The notes under the pieces are model-generated. The model ran no database searches. It saw only the letters and a program-made list of their open reading frames with translations, and was not told where the DNA came from. From positions 32,001 to 96,000 of IMG/VR virus record IMGVR_UViG_2974779332_000001: DNA of 64,000 nucleotides, one strand, 5' to 3'. Below, in pieces: positions 11,901-22,137 of this stretch (its first letter is position 1; each line of letters starts with the position of its first letter). Source of the DNA: a virus (lineage: Duplodnaviria > Caudoviricetes). Made by a program: the position numbers and the translations under genes.

Positions 11901-12098
11901 TGGGCAGATGGTTGTGATGAGGTGGAGGCTGAAATCTTTGGTAACCCATTGATTCAGCTTGGAGACATCGTGTCCATCAATTATCCACAGAAGGATTTTG
12001 ACCCGGTACATCATAGGTACTTTGTCGTAGAACTCAATAGAGGATATGACACTGGATATGACACGACGAAGCTCACGTTGCGCAGAGTCAAGGCTTAA
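8907..12098 (+). CDS. minor tail / baseplate hub protein
   Basis: 1063 aa; C-terminal GNPLIQLGDIV motif typical of hub/Tal proteins. Confidence 0.75.
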   Translation: MQTTTLEVNKLLKEGLAVKALPQLIAEWNMNRYAGIQTVDSTPTEYDEGDPEYYPIESIADPLRPSSRGIVKARASVEGIVSEYTDRPGDKRYYLADYDDPYKYWSSPVASSLIGGLNGFSKTVRPYIIYKTASWTNKLYFLFENSAAWPVDYDIDITTDGTNWTTVGGDIIPDSKGRVVLYRQANGTWGTAVYRDNPVKLKGIRLKVNTLSSVGKYLELIEMSCRLEQDLTATLMTSSSQFNMGTTSFITPLGSASSNTASIQLSNIDGRYNNTNDESLFYGLVDKNIKFTYRIGYDTTPVGGSGMVYVTEYTMFADSWAGQGEEIATVSLKDASKFLQEIKPPKMFFENMTLGRIVWQLCDIIGFSDYFYDKTDDDKATIVPYFWTDGEKTIWEIFSSLASTTQSAIYFDEFGILQILTRDKAYNIGNPIAWQLDGVVNGTKQPDIVDVAQSYDFEANNVTVRYQATSISDVQGRTPVMDIAWQPEGDVVLRSSQLRESMDATQMFIRMTGSEASVWPYSGIIECEGELMRYDAKGYWYYNKSGVATFKAITSADEKKQIDEELSSPELAFKNYFSGWFRIAERGLWNTYPAAHKDDASGYGVKVANYKGDYKTWTGGFVHNKDQSTISLKATTSTNVNTCYVASRGSETDKSIWYVGTRLRFRDTGYNHGMAGIAFNLGSKDKGYYMEICRTDRLPGGRKYQNEINFYIRRSNGKLERFGPSSGKGVAMAISKNIWYDIDIAIRMENGVYGDPGAFVGHVIQVSINGNSVMTFTIPVSKKEPLTGRFGVFTRGSTHADFEYLYGNGTTEDLHIDTTDMFDRIRGGIVSSQADSEWIYKWHYTSHIVKKKKKYLWARYAQRFFDDFGPICHELREYDVQFDKFPAVHSNIYFSNDTQVVCPEYNANPFGAKFILANAYRNNAIVNGEDTLTFGADNPVEQKLMIYGRTVNKEDEKTIVSKNDDAIRRRGSVETEVSSDWIQTESAAQALADWITYHWADGCDEVEAEIFGNPLIQLGDIVSINYPQKDFDPVHHRYFVVELNRGYDTGYDTTKLTLRRVKA

Positions 12099-12134
12099 TT
12101 TTGCCTTTGTGCAACTGTGAGATATAATCAATCC

Positions 12135-12509
12135 ATGAGCATTAACAGCAATCAAATCATCAAGAAGCCTGATGTCGTCATCAACCCCAACTTCTTTCTT
12201 CCACCTGGGGTTGTTGATGCACGCTATCCAAATGATGAAGAGGTCACCACTGGTGATGTCGATATCATCAGCGATATCACGGATACAACCGATGATATTG
12301 TAAATACCGATGGTGACACAGTCACTGATGACCCAAGTGATGTTGGTGAAGAAAATGACACCGACAAGCTCTATCCACCTGACACGGTAATCGTAGTGAG
12401 CCAAACAATTCGTTTTAGCGAAACTGGCCAGCAGGTAGTAGATGTAATTCTTGAGGTTCCAGACGTGCAGGACTCAATTCAGGTAGACGTTAGGATGACA
12501 AAGGCATGA
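12135..12509 (+). CDS. minor tail protein / acidic hypothetical protein
   Basis: ORF in tail module overlapping the next gene (ATGA). Confidence 0.55.
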   Translation: MSINSNQIIKKPDVVINPNFFLPPGVVDARYPNDEEVTTGDVDIISDITDTTDDIVNTDGDTVTDDPSDVGEENDTDKLYPPDTVIVVSQTIRFSETGQQVVDVILEVPDVQDSIQVDVRMTKA

Positions 12510-13303
12510 TAACAACTCAAGGAAAGTCTGTAATCTTTAGATACCTGGCAGGAAACCTACCTCGCATCGCAGATTCAATTGCTATCGGTATTGGCGCATC
12601 AGCCGAAAATGTAAACGATACAGCATTGGACTTCGAGGCGGACAGGGTTCCTGTCTCTTTGGTGTCTGCTGATATTGTCAACGACAAAATCGTATTCAAG
12701 GGAACCATTCCACAGGAATACGTTGGAACAATTTATGAGGTTGGTCTGTGGTTCGGAACTCCACCACAAACGGCTGGTAATAGTTCTGTGATTGTAAGCT
12801 TTGATTCCACTACAGAAGACTGGTCTACGCCAACATGGAATACCAGCCTAGCAAGAATTGGAACAGATGCCTTGCAGGTAGCTGGAGGGGCTAGCTCAAC
12901 TCTGACAGACATTGTTCTTGACCTCTCTGTATTCTCAGATTCAGACTTTATGTCTCTGGCTTACAATGCAGATGCAGCCATTAACAATGTAGCTGTCAGA
13001 TTCAGCACAGACGACACAAACTATTACGAATATAGCTTTGCTGCTGCCACAGGGTATGAAATCAAGACTATGGGCAAGACGGCATTTACGGCTACTGGAA
13101 CACCAGATTGGGCAAACATCACCAAGATTACTGTTTCAGCGACCGGCACAGGAAACGCAGTATTTGATGGTATTAGAGCAGAAGACGCTGACACACTAAG
13201 TGTAGATTACTCACTTGTTGCCAGAAGCGTATTGCCATCACCAAAGCTAAAGACTGCGGATACTGAGATGGATATTGAGTACGCATTGGAAATCACTATA
13301 TGA
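12506..13303 (+). CDS. minor tail protein (tail-fiber/collar N-terminal-like fold)
   Basis: 265 aa; ITTQGK...IAIGIG...IYEVGL pattern; position in tail module. Confidence 0.65.
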   Translation: MITTQGKSVIFRYLAGNLPRIADSIAIGIGASAENVNDTALDFEADRVPVSLVSADIVNDKIVFKGTIPQEYVGTIYEVGLWFGTPPQTAGNSSVIVSFDSTTEDWSTPTWNTSLARIGTDALQVAGGASSTLTDIVLDLSVFSDSDFMSLAYNADAAINNVAVRFSTDDTNYYEYSFAAATGYEIKTMGKTAFTATGTPDWANITKITVSATGTGNAVFDGIRAEDADTLSVDYSLVARSVLPSPKLKTADTEMDIEYALEITI

Positions 13304-16300
13304 GAATTCTTCTAAGAGACTTGACCCCAGGAACGGATTACAATATTCAGCTCCGTTCAAACGACGGAACGAATGTTTCTGACTGGAGCCGTATCTTTGA
13401 ACTGACAACGATTCAGGATACGCTTCCTCCAGCCGCTCCAACTGGGCTCACATGGGTAGTAAACCGAACCGCATTTTCCGCTAAATGGAATGCGGTTACT
13501 CAGAATGCCGATGCATCCGACCTACTGGATTTCTCTCATTACCTAGTCCGCATCGCAATTCCGGGCGGTAGCTATGTTGAGGTAAAGACGACCAACACAT
13601 TCTATGACCTAGCCTTCGAAACCAATAAAGCTTTCTTTGGCACGCCAAAGGCCACTCTGGAATGCACCATTTATGCTGTAGACCTTACTGGTAATATCTC
13701 ATTGCCATCTGCAACTGTTACAGCAACGAACCCACCACCACCAGACCCAACCGGTGTAGTTGCGGCCGGAATTGTGGGTGGCGTCAGCATGCGTTGGGAT
13801 GTACAGGTAATTGATGACCTAGCAGCTTATGACGTATACATGAGCACATCAGGTTCAGGATTTACCCCAAGCAATGCAAACAGGGTATACAGCGGTACTG
13901 GAAATACTCTGGTATATGACTCAAGCTCCCTAGGTGTAGTCCACTACTTCAAGATTCGCTCTCGTGACGTGTTTGATAGTATTTCAAACTATGTCACTGT
14001 TTCAGCGACTCCAATTTCACCTACTGATGTAGACACGACAGCCCCAGGGCTTCCAACAGGTGTTAGTGCTTCAATGGCTGTAGATTCAAATGATTCAGCG
14101 TTTGCCACGGCCACAGTTTCTTGGACCGCTCCATCAGATACTGACCTTGCAGGATATGTTGTCAGATACAAGCAGACTGCTGGAACTAATTACAACTATG
14201 TAAACGTTCCTGTAGGCACGACCACGATTACTATTGGTGGTCTAGTTGTTGGCGTCCAGTACGACTTCTCAGTGCAGGCATTTGACCGAAGCACCAACAG
14301 AAGTGCATTTACCACAGCCGTAAATGCGACGGCGGCAAATACTGCCCCTTCTACTCCTGCTGCACCTACTGCTGTAGCTAATGTGCAGAGCATCCAGGTA
14401 AGCCACTCCTTGCAGAAGTCAACCTCTGGACGACTAGAGGCAGACGTTACTTACTTCGAGGTTCACCTAGGAACCACCTCTACATTCACTGCAAGCGACT
14501 CCACAATGATTGGACAATTGCAGGTAGAGTCTGGCAGCACATTCGTTTCTGAAATTTTCCCAGCGCCTGCTATTGACTCTGCTCTGGCTCGTTGGGTTCG
14601 AGTGATTGCTGTGGACCGTGGTGGACTAAAGTCTGCTGCTTCCGCAGTTGCCTCAGTCACTGTTGGATTGGTAAGTAATGCATACATCGCTAACGCAACC
14701 ATTACCTCTGCCAAGATTAACAATGTTGATGCTAACCAGATTACGGCCGGAACGGGTATTGTCAACAATCTACTCATCAAGTCCTCCTTGACCGTAGATA
14801 CTGGCGGTATTATCAAGAGCACCAATTACTCATCAGGCACAGCGGGATACCAGCTAACCAACAACACCCTTGAAATCAATCAGGGTGTAATCAAGGCTGC
14901 CGCATTGCAGCTACAGGATAGCCAGAATGTTTGGTTGACACCTTACTCTGACTTTGAATTTGCATCTAGTTGGTACACAGGAAAGATTACTACATCTACT
15001 CCAACAGGAACTGTTACTTGGTCAATTGCCACTGCTCCAGAAATAACTTCAAAGTACGGAAACCAGTGCCTAAAGATTGTTAGAGCGGGGGCAACAGCAG
15101 GTGATGACTCAGACGTTTGGTTCAGTTCTTCATTTTCAACAGGATACAATCTAACTCTTGAATCAAACACTACATACATCATGTCAGCGTGGATTTTCAA
15201 TCCTTCTGGCTCTGGTTCAAAGAATTGCCAGCTAAAGATTAGAACAAATGACGGAACCTACAGAGCATTTACTCCGATGGTTGCAGTTACTGACAATGGC
15301 GTCTGGACAAGATATTCTGGCGCTCTAAATGTTGGTGCCAACACAGCCGGAACTGTTGGATTCTCAATTGAGACAAATGGAACCGTATATGTTGATGGCA
15401 TTCAAATAGAAATTCAGTCTGCTGGTTCCGGTAGCCCATCACCATGGAGAGCACCAAGCTCAACGACAATTGATGGTGGAATTATTCGTACTGGTGAAAT
15501 TCGTTCATCTGCGTTGGCAGATGGCCTTTCAGGGCAGCCAGCATGGTCAATTAACATGACTGGTGGGGCCCAATTTGGTGATGCCACGGTTCGAGGACGC
15601 ATTGTAGTCGGAGACCCAACCAATCCATCTGCTGACGGAGTGAATTCACGCATTCACTCTGCGAATTATGTGGCCGGTACGAGTGGTTGGATTATCCGTA
15701 ACGACGGATATGCCGAATTCCGTAACCTTGCTGTCAACTCAATTAAGGTAACTGCACTGGACTCTCCAATGCAGAACAATACCTATGCAAAGCTGTTTGA
15801 CTACATGCAGGACGGAAACCTGTGGCTACAGTATGGTTCTGTAACTCAGAAGACTGACCCCGGTGCCTACTCCGCTGAATCCCTCTTTGAATTCGCGGGC
15901 TCCGGCCTTGTTCTTAGAAATGCAGTTGGTGTTACCAAGGTTGCTTATGACCCTACCATTCTGTACCGCATCTCAGCTCGTATTCGCGCATACACTGTAG
16001 CGACTCTCAACAGCAATCCAGGCTTTGAAACAAACACGACTGGATGGTACTCCTACGGCACAAACAGCATTACCAGAGACACCACTAAGAAGTTCGCTGG
16101 AACTGCTTCCGTTCGTTGGGACCAGGTGGGCTCATCCGTAGGTTCCTATGGTATGGGAACTAATGTTACGGTCAAGGCTGGATACACGTACACCTTCGGA
16201 TGCCGTGTTCTTCCTAACAACGCTCTGATTCGAGACAATCTAAAGATGAATATTGTCTGGAAGAATTCTGGTGGAACAACCATCAGTACAACTTTCAATG

Positions 16301-19300
16301 ACATGGCACCACCAGTTGACTCAAACGGTACGGTAATTCCTATTGACGGAACGACCTGGAGCCAGTTTTCAGTTCAGGCAACTGCGCCAGCAGGCGCGGT
16401 AACTGGAGCGTTTGAAGTTCAGGCTGGTGCGTCAGGTGTGGCTATTGCCGGAATTCAGGGATGGTTCGATGAAGTAACAGTCACTACGCCACCACGTATC
16501 AAGGTTGGCCTATTCGGATTCGACAATGCGAATAACATCATTGACTGGGACTACGTTGACGATGCAACAACGCCTACAAAGAAGCACTCCATGCCAACAG
16601 ATTACAGCCTGCTTTCTGGATATTCTGCAAACCAGTATATGATGGTTCAGAACAATTCAGAAGTCCAGATTGCGACCGGTAGCTCAACGACTACGGCTGA
16701 CTGGATTACCGTTACTGGATATCTACGTGGTCGTGGTGGAGCAGGAACAACTGGTGTGCTAGGAACTCAGGGTCAGTACAATGACCCATATAATCCAGCA
16801 TCACTTAACCAGGCCGTCCGTTACCTTGTCCCTTATGTTGAATGGGACATTGCAACTGGCTCAATTGCTCAACTTGACCAGTTCTCTGTTGAGGCTTATG
16901 AGAATGGTGCTCCTGCAAAGGTTGCAACCACTGATGTTAATGGTGAGAAGGCTGTCTCTGTTGAAAACATTCAGGGCAGCCTATTTGACCACGCAATCAG
17001 ATTCTACACTGGTGAACCAGACGAAATCTATCCAGGTATGATTGGTCATATCATGGATGGTGACTGGAATGACGCAGCTCATCTCAGAATCTCTCCACCA
17101 CTCATTAACAAGAATTCTGATTACGGAAATGTTTACATCGGTATCTATGACCGTAACCCTAACTACATCTACGATGCTTCATTCGAAGATGGAATTGCTG
17201 GATGGACCGGAATGGCAAATACCACTCTGGCTCAGGAAACAACTGTTGGACGAGAGGATACAAACTCTCTAAAGATTACTGCTACTGGAACCATCTCAAG
17301 CCCTTCAACGACTGAGCTTCTAGGTAAGTACAGCGTAAGCACTTTGGTGAATCAGGAACTTATTGGCCAGCTCGTAACTGTATCTGGCTATGCAATGATG
17401 GGAACGGCGACCGGCAGAAATGTACGTCTTGTTGTTAAGTTCCTTGACGAAGCTGGTGCAATGATTCAAGGATACTTCGTAGAGAAGGCAGTAACAAATG
17501 CTGCTTGGGTGCCTTACACATTCATCTCTCCGATTGTTATTCCAGATACCTGCTACTCAGTTGAATTCTCATTCTCATGGTTCAATGGAGCTACTGGTGA
17601 CATTGTTTATGTTGATGATGTTCAGCTTGAAATGGGTACAAAGTCTGAATTCCGTACAGCATCTGCTAGCCGAATCTATCTACAGTCTGACGTTGTTCGA
17701 AGCAATGGTACAATCATTGTTTCAACATCTGAGCTTGACCTTCCTACTAACGTTCTTGGTGCGAATGCCCGTCTGGATGCTCCACTTTATCCAGGTGTCA
17801 TTCTCCAATCCGAAGGTGGAACGGCGGCATTCAGATACGTCAACTACACAGACTCTGCTGGCAACCGTTCAAGCACTCAGTTCACCAACTTCTCTCCATC
17901 AGGGGCGGAAGAGCATGCGCTGAGACTTTACGGAATGAATGATGCTACGTATCCTGGTCGATGGGTTCTCACAAATGCCACGGGCCAGTTTGTAATGTCC
18001 TCATACGCTAACGCAGACGAAGACATGACGACTGCAAGGAATGTTCGTGTCTACGGCCACCTTGACGTAGATGGCGACCCGCCTTGGGAAGCTATGACAC
18101 TGCTTAATGGAACTGGCATTGTATCAGGTGCATACACTCCTTCTGTATTCACTAGCAATGGTAATACATACATGCGAGGCTCTGTAACTGGATGGACAAA
18201 GGGTTCTGGTACTCCAATCATGACTCTTCCAACCGCATACAGACCAGCTAAGGTTGTTTATCTATCCACAGTTTCATATACAACTACTTCTGACGCTCAG
18301 GCAACAGTATTGGTTGTTAACACTGCTGGCTCTGTGTATGCATACTCTGCTGTAGCAGCGAAGACAAACATTATGCTCGACGGTTTGTCATTCTCTAATG
18401 CACCAGACACCTATGTAGCTCCACCAAGCGGTGACACGACGGCTCCAGGAACTCCTTCTGGATTCAAGATTACACCACTATCCTCAAGTACATCAACAGG
18501 TACTTATCGTCTGAACTGGACTAACCCAACAGCAACAGACACGGCTGGTGTAAAGGTCATCTGGAGAAGCGACAGGTACCCTACTGTAACAATTGCAGGA
18601 AGCGGAGTGAAGACTCTGACCACAGATGGAAAAATCATTACTGTAACCGGTGGCGCAAGCGCTGCAAAGCAGTACGACCACTCAGGTCTACCAGTGAACA
18701 AGACCATCTACTACCGAGTTGTTTCCTACGACACAAGCGGAAACCACTCAACATATGTGTCAGCTTCTCGATACTTGCTAGCTTCACCAGTCACAGTAAC
18801 GGCAAACTCATCTGGTTCATACCGTCTTGGATATGGCGGTATGTGGAGAAACGACGGTGACGACGTTTATCAGGGTGACTGGACAGGAAATGACAATCAC
18901 AGAGGATTGTATTTCTATGGAACAAAGATTTATGATGCTCTAAACAAGGGCGGTGTTGTTAGAACCCCTACAAAGGCGACTATCTATCTCAAGAGAGAAA
19001 GCACTGCTCATGGTAACAATGCTGGAGTTGGAATCAATCTAAGAGGACATCTCTACCAGACAAAGCCATCTGGTGACCCTGTTGGAGGTATGACAAATGA
19101 AGGTTCTGACGGAGATGACATTGTATTCCTGTCAAGAGGAGAGGCGGCTACAGTAACAATTCCATCAAGTTGGTATAACAATATTGTGGACTCAACTGCC
19201 GCAAATAGAATTGAAGGAATCGGTGTTTATGGAAGTGCTACAGCCGACTACGCAGTAATGTATGGAGTCAGCTCAGGTTCTTCTTACGGAAAGATTACGC

Positions 19301-19317
19301 TCTACCACAAGGGCTGA
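13300..19317 (+). CDS. large tail fiber / host-specificity protein with Fn3 repeats and carbohydrate-binding modules
   Basis: 2005 aa; repeated DTTAPGxP..W..P Fn3 signatures, NPGFE/DASFEDG CBM-like starts, IANATITSAKI gpJ-like segment. Confidence 0.85.
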   Translation: MRILLRDLTPGTDYNIQLRSNDGTNVSDWSRIFELTTIQDTLPPAAPTGLTWVVNRTAFSAKWNAVTQNADASDLLDFSHYLVRIAIPGGSYVEVKTTNTFYDLAFETNKAFFGTPKATLECTIYAVDLTGNISLPSATVTATNPPPPDPTGVVAAGIVGGVSMRWDVQVIDDLAAYDVYMSTSGSGFTPSNANRVYSGTGNTLVYDSSSLGVVHYFKIRSRDVFDSISNYVTVSATPISPTDVDTTAPGLPTGVSASMAVDSNDSAFATATVSWTAPSDTDLAGYVVRYKQTAGTNYNYVNVPVGTTTITIGGLVVGVQYDFSVQAFDRSTNRSAFTTAVNATAANTAPSTPAAPTAVANVQSIQVSHSLQKSTSGRLEADVTYFEVHLGTTSTFTASDSTMIGQLQVESGSTFVSEIFPAPAIDSALARWVRVIAVDRGGLKSAASAVASVTVGLVSNAYIANATITSAKINNVDANQITAGTGIVNNLLIKSSLTVDTGGIIKSTNYSSGTAGYQLTNNTLEINQGVIKAAALQLQDSQNVWLTPYSDFEFASSWYTGKITTSTPTGTVTWSIATAPEITSKYGNQCLKIVRAGATAGDDSDVWFSSSFSTGYNLTLESNTTYIMSAWIFNPSGSGSKNCQLKIRTNDGTYRAFTPMVAVTDNGVWTRYSGALNVGANTAGTVGFSIETNGTVYVDGIQIEIQSAGSGSPSPWRAPSSTTIDGGIIRTGEIRSSALADGLSGQPAWSINMTGGAQFGDATVRGRIVVGDPTNPSADGVNSRIHSANYVAGTSGWIIRNDGYAEFRNLAVNSIKVTALDSPMQNNTYAKLFDYMQDGNLWLQYGSVTQKTDPGAYSAESLFEFAGSGLVLRNAVGVTKVAYDPTILYRISARIRAYTVATLNSNPGFETNTTGWYSYGTNSITRDTTKKFAGTASVRWDQVGSSVGSYGMGTNVTVKAGYTYTFGCRVLPNNALIRDNLKMNIVWKNSGGTTISTTFNDMAPPVDSNGTVIPIDGTTWSQFSVQATAPAGAVTGAFEVQAGASGVAIAGIQGWFDEVTVTTPPRIKVGLFGFDNANNIIDWDYVDDATTPTKKHSMPTDYSLLSGYSANQYMMVQNNSEVQIATGSSTTTADWITVTGYLRGRGGAGTTGVLGTQGQYNDPYNPASLNQAVRYLVPYVEWDIATGSIAQLDQFSVEAYENGAPAKVATTDVNGEKAVSVENIQGSLFDHAIRFYTGEPDEIYPGMIGHIMDGDWNDAAHLRISPPLINKNSDYGNVYIGIYDRNPNYIYDASFEDGIAGWTGMANTTLAQETTVGREDTNSLKITATGTISSPSTTELLGKYSVSTLVNQELIGQLVTVSGYAMMGTATGRNVRLVVKFLDEAGAMIQGYFVEKAVTNAAWVPYTFISPIVIPDTCYSVEFSFSWFNGATGDIVYVDDVQLEMGTKSEFRTASASRIYLQSDVVRSNGTIIVSTSELDLPTNVLGANARLDAPLYPGVILQSEGGTAAFRYVNYTDSAGNRSSTQFTNFSPSGAEEHALRLYGMNDATYPGRWVLTNATGQFVMSSYANADEDMTTARNVRVYGHLDVDGDPPWEAMTLLNGTGIVSGAYTPSVFTSNGNTYMRGSVTGWTKGSGTPIMTLPTAYRPAKVVYLSTVSYTTTSDAQATVLVVNTAGSVYAYSAVAAKTNIMLDGLSFSNAPDTYVAPPSGDTTAPGTPSGFKITPLSSSTSTGTYRLNWTNPTATDTAGVKVIWRSDRYPTVTIAGSGVKTLTTDGKIITVTGGASAAKQYDHSGLPVNKTIYYRVVSYDTSGNHSTYVSASRYLLASPVTVTANSSGSYRLGYGGMWRNDGDDVYQGDWTGNDNHRGLYFYGTKIYDALNKGGVVRTPTKATIYLKRESTAHGNNAGVGINLRGHLYQTKPSGDPVGGMTNEGSDGDDIVFLSRGEAATVTIPSSWYNNIVDSTAANRIEGIGVYGSATADYAVMYGVSSGSSYGKITLYHKG

Positions 19318-19325
19318 CCTTGAAC

Positions 19326-19355
19326 TTGACAGGTCAGCCCGGTATGGGCTAGAGT
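19326..19355 (+). promoter_or_regulatory. sigma70/HrdB-type promoter
   Basis: TTGACA-18 bp-TAGAGT. Confidence 0.65.
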
Positions 19356-19392
19356 AGGATTACACTAGAGAAAAGAAAGAGAAAAATATAAA

Positions 19393-19617
19393 TTGAATCA
19401 CAAAGATACTCTAAAGGTTCTTGCTCTTAAAGAAAGAATAGCAGAACTTACTGCTGGATATGAAGACAAGATTGCGGATATCCGTGCTGACTTCACCCTT
19501 GCCGTAGAAGAGTTCCAAGAGCGAATCAAGAAGCTTGAAGATGAGAATAAGCTCATCAAGGATGCGAATGCTGGATACTTGGAGAAACTTGATGGTGTGG
19601 TGGAAGAGACGAACTAA
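19393..19617 (+). CDS. small coiled-coil protein
   Basis: 74 aa with heptad pattern, downstream of promoter. Confidence 0.6.
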   Translation: MNHKDTLKVLALKERIAELTAGYEDKIADIRADFTLAVEEFQERIKKLEDENKLIKDANAGYLEKLDGVVEETN

Positions 19618-20038
19618 GCCACTCCTTCCAGCGCCTACAGTCCCTGTGGATTATCCCACAGGGACTTGTGTGCAGACTGAGAATGGAGTATTCTTCATCA
19701 AGGGCAAGTTCAGGTTCCGAGTCACTTCTGACAGGATTCTGTCAAGCTGGCAATTCCCCCTTGTGATTCGTTCAACAGAGTCAGCTTGCTCCAAGTACAA
19801 GATTGCTGGTAAGCTAGGTTTCCGTCAAGGAACTTTGGTTAAGGATATGTCCAATGGTAAAATGTATCTGATATCAGAGAACCTTCGACGACAGATAGTC
19901 TCACCAGACTTCTTTGATGTCATGCTATTTCCTCGTGAAGCAATGATTGAAGCTTCACCAGACGAACTAGCTCTACACAAGGAAGGAGAGAACATAACTT
20001 GGCAACTACCCCCTACAAGCCTACAAGCTGGTCAGTAG
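19592..20038 (+). CDS. hypothetical protein
   Basis: ORF with GGAG RBS, overlapping both neighbours. Confidence 0.6.
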   Translation: MVWWKRRTKPLLPAPTVPVDYPTGTCVQTENGVFFIKGKFRFRVTSDRILSSWQFPLVIRSTESACSKYKIAGKLGFRQGTLVKDMSNGKMYLISENLRRQIVSPDFFDVMLFPREAMIEASPDELALHKEGENITWQLPPTSLQAGQ

Positions 20039-20439
20039 GCGAACAGATTACTCGTGAGAAGCTGAACCAGATGACTTCTAACGACCAGTATATCTTCGAG
20101 AACCAGCCAAACGCATTCTATAATGCTCATGGAATTAAGAAGACTTCTGGCCTAAAGATTATGGCTGGTTACGTTTACATTGCGGGTGGAAAGGCCCGGC
20201 ACTACGAGAAGGCTGTATACTTTGGTAACTTCTTCTCAGTAGGATGTAAGCCAGTAGTGGTAACAGGACAAGTCATTCAGAAGCAGTCACGAATCCATTG
20301 CATCATTCGTGGATTGACTGGAGAATACTGGCCGGACCACAGAGGCTTCACGGCTGTCGTTGACTCAGATGAACTAAGCTCAAAGTCTAACTATTTCCAC
20401 TATGGCGTAAACGTTCAGTTTATCGCAGTTGGATATTAA
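19999..20439 (+). CDS. putative minor structural protein
   Basis: 146 aa, TTG start with GGAG RBS; W..GE.IT.EKLN motif and C-terminal ..FIAVGY typical of tail-associated proteins. Confidence 0.5.
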   Translation: MATTPYKPTSWSVGEQITREKLNQMTSNDQYIFENQPNAFYNAHGIKKTSGLKIMAGYVYIAGGKARHYEKAVYFGNFFSVGCKPVVVTGQVIQKQSRIHCIIRGLTGEYWPDHRGFTAVVDSDELSSKSNYFHYGVNVQFIAVGY

Positions 20440-20735
20440 TGTACAGACCTATCCGTAATTGGCACAACCGAAAGAGAATGCTTTCCGAGGATGGATATAC
20501 GTTGGTATTTGCGCCGGAACATCCAAAGAGCTTCAATGGAGGATGGTACTATGAGCATCGGATGGTCTTTGAGGCTAGACTAGGAAGACTTCTTAAGAGC
20601 GATGAAACTGTTCATCATATAGGATGCAAGACAGATAATACTCGAAAGAATCTCTTCCTGTGTACGTGGGCAGAGCATGAACGTCTCAATCGCCAAGAGC
20701 ACATGGCCTTGACACAGCGTCAGCGTATGTGTTAG
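20439..20735 (+). CDS. HNH endonuclease
   Basis: EHRMV...LGR.L...E.VHH...DN...NL...EH...H motif. Confidence 0.8.
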   Translation: MYRPIRNWHNRKRMLSEDGYTLVFAPEHPKSFNGGWYYEHRMVFEARLGRLLKSDETVHHIGCKTDNTRKNLFLCTWAEHERLNRQEHMALTQRQRMC

Positions 20736-20738
20736 GCT
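20709..20738 (+). promoter_or_regulatory. sigma70-type promoter
   Basis: TTGACA-18 bp-TAGGCT. Confidence 0.55.
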
Positions 20739-20766
20739 TGTCCGTACAACAACGAAAGGAACAAGC

Positions 20767-21522
20767 ATGTCTGACATGACATGGCTCTTTGCGTCTGACA
20801 TTCACTTTCCGTATCATGATGAGCGGATGGTGTCTCTATGGTTTCAGGTGCTAAAGTATCTAAAGCCAGGAGCTATTGACCTTCCAGGAGATATTGATGA
20901 CGCAGAAGAGACGAGCCGGTGGGCAGAAGGAACGTCCTCCGAGGGATTCTCACTGAATTATCCAGGAATCCAACTGACACGCAAGTTCCTCGCAGACATT
21001 CATGAGGCTGCTCCGAATGCTGACAAGCATTTCCACGATGGAAATCATGGTTGGCATCGCCACGTAAAGTGGCTGGATAAGAACGCCCCATTTACCTTGA
21101 CAGACAATCTCTACAATCCTGATGTACTATACGAGTACAAAAAGTCAGGATTCGTATGGCATGAGTACAAGGACCAGGCGGTTCATCGCTATGGTGACAT
21201 GTATGTACATCATGGCGATGCAATCTCAAAGCACGCTGGCCAGTCCGTCATGGCAGACTGTGAGAACTGGGGAGTATCCCTTGTACGAGGGCACTCCCAC
21301 AGGCAGGCAGAATGGTTTCGTACCTTTGACCTGACTGGGCGAGAGTACCGAGGTTACGAAATTGGTCACATGTGTGACGTGTCCAAGATGGACTATGACC
21401 GAACTCGTAACTGGCAAGCAGGATTCGCCTATGGTGTTGTAAGTGGAGATGAAGTCTTCATCGACACCGTAGAAATTCACAACTACACATGCAATATCGG
21501 AACGAAGGTATTCCGAGCATAA
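20767..21522 (+). CDS. calcineurin-like metallophosphoesterase
   Basis: SDIH, GD..D, GNH, HG and GHSH motifs. Confidence 0.85.
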   Translation: MSDMTWLFASDIHFPYHDERMVSLWFQVLKYLKPGAIDLPGDIDDAEETSRWAEGTSSEGFSLNYPGIQLTRKFLADIHEAAPNADKHFHDGNHGWHRHVKWLDKNAPFTLTDNLYNPDVLYEYKKSGFVWHEYKDQAVHRYGDMYVHHGDAISKHAGQSVMADCENWGVSLVRGHSHRQAEWFRTFDLTGREYRGYEIGHMCDVSKMDYDRTRNWQAGFAYGVVSGDEVFIDTVEIHNYTCNIGTKVFRA

Positions 21523-21575
21523 AGATAAGACCTCCCATGCTATAATGAAAGAAAAAGCAAGGGAGGTTAAGTCTT

Positions 21576-21923
21576 TTGGGTAAGTACGCCAAGTTCGCCC
21601 TAGCTGTCGTTGCCACTGTTCTAACTGCTGTGGTAGGATTCGCTGGCGGAGGCATTACTGATGTCGAATGGGTTAACGTTGCTATCGCTGGTGTAGGTGC
21701 ATGCTCTGTATTTGCTGCTCCTAATGTTCCAGGCGCACGTTACACCAAGTCCATTCTCGCAGTTCTTGCAGCAGTTCTGGCATTCCTTACTTCTGCCATC
21801 ATCGGTGGGGTCTCCCCTGTTGAATGGGGTCAGATTGGAATTCTAGCACTGGGTGCTCTAGGTATTTACGCTGTCCCTAACAAGGTTGGCGATTCAGTAC
21901 AGGGAGTACGACTTGAACCATAA
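21576..21923 (+). CDS. holin-like membrane protein
   Basis: 115 aa with 4 hydrophobic helices in two internal repeats (..EW..I.I..LGA.....PN). Confidence 0.7.
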   Translation: MGKYAKFALAVVATVLTAVVGFAGGGITDVEWVNVAIAGVGACSVFAAPNVPGARYTKSILAVLAAVLAFLTSAIIGGVSPVEWGQIGILALGALGIYAVPNKVGDSVQGVRLEP

Positions 21924-22092
21924 GAAGTGCGGTGGACGAGTGTTCATCGATAGAGTCTTCTCAGACAGGACTCATCTTGAATTGGCCTGCATTGAATGCG
22001 GTGCCAGATGGATGCTAGACAAAACCAAGAATAAGCTTGCCGCGTGGCTGACTGCTAGAGAGAAGTCTCACTCAGCACAGTTTGCTCGGTGA
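21886..22092 (+). CDS. small zinc-ribbon protein
   Basis: HKKCGG...CIECG. Confidence 0.55.
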   Translation: MAIQYREYDLNHKKCGGRVFIDRVFSDRTHLELACIECGARWMLDKTKNKLAAWLTAREKSHSAQFAR

Positions 22093-22137
22093 AGAACAGA
22101 ATGCTATACTCGACATAGCGCTCCCCTGCGTACGCAA

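Noticed and set aside
11589-12404. 271-aa minus-strand ORF (and other minus-strand ORFs such as 38813-39541)
   Set aside because: Antisense shadows of well-supported + strand genes with no recognisable motifs.
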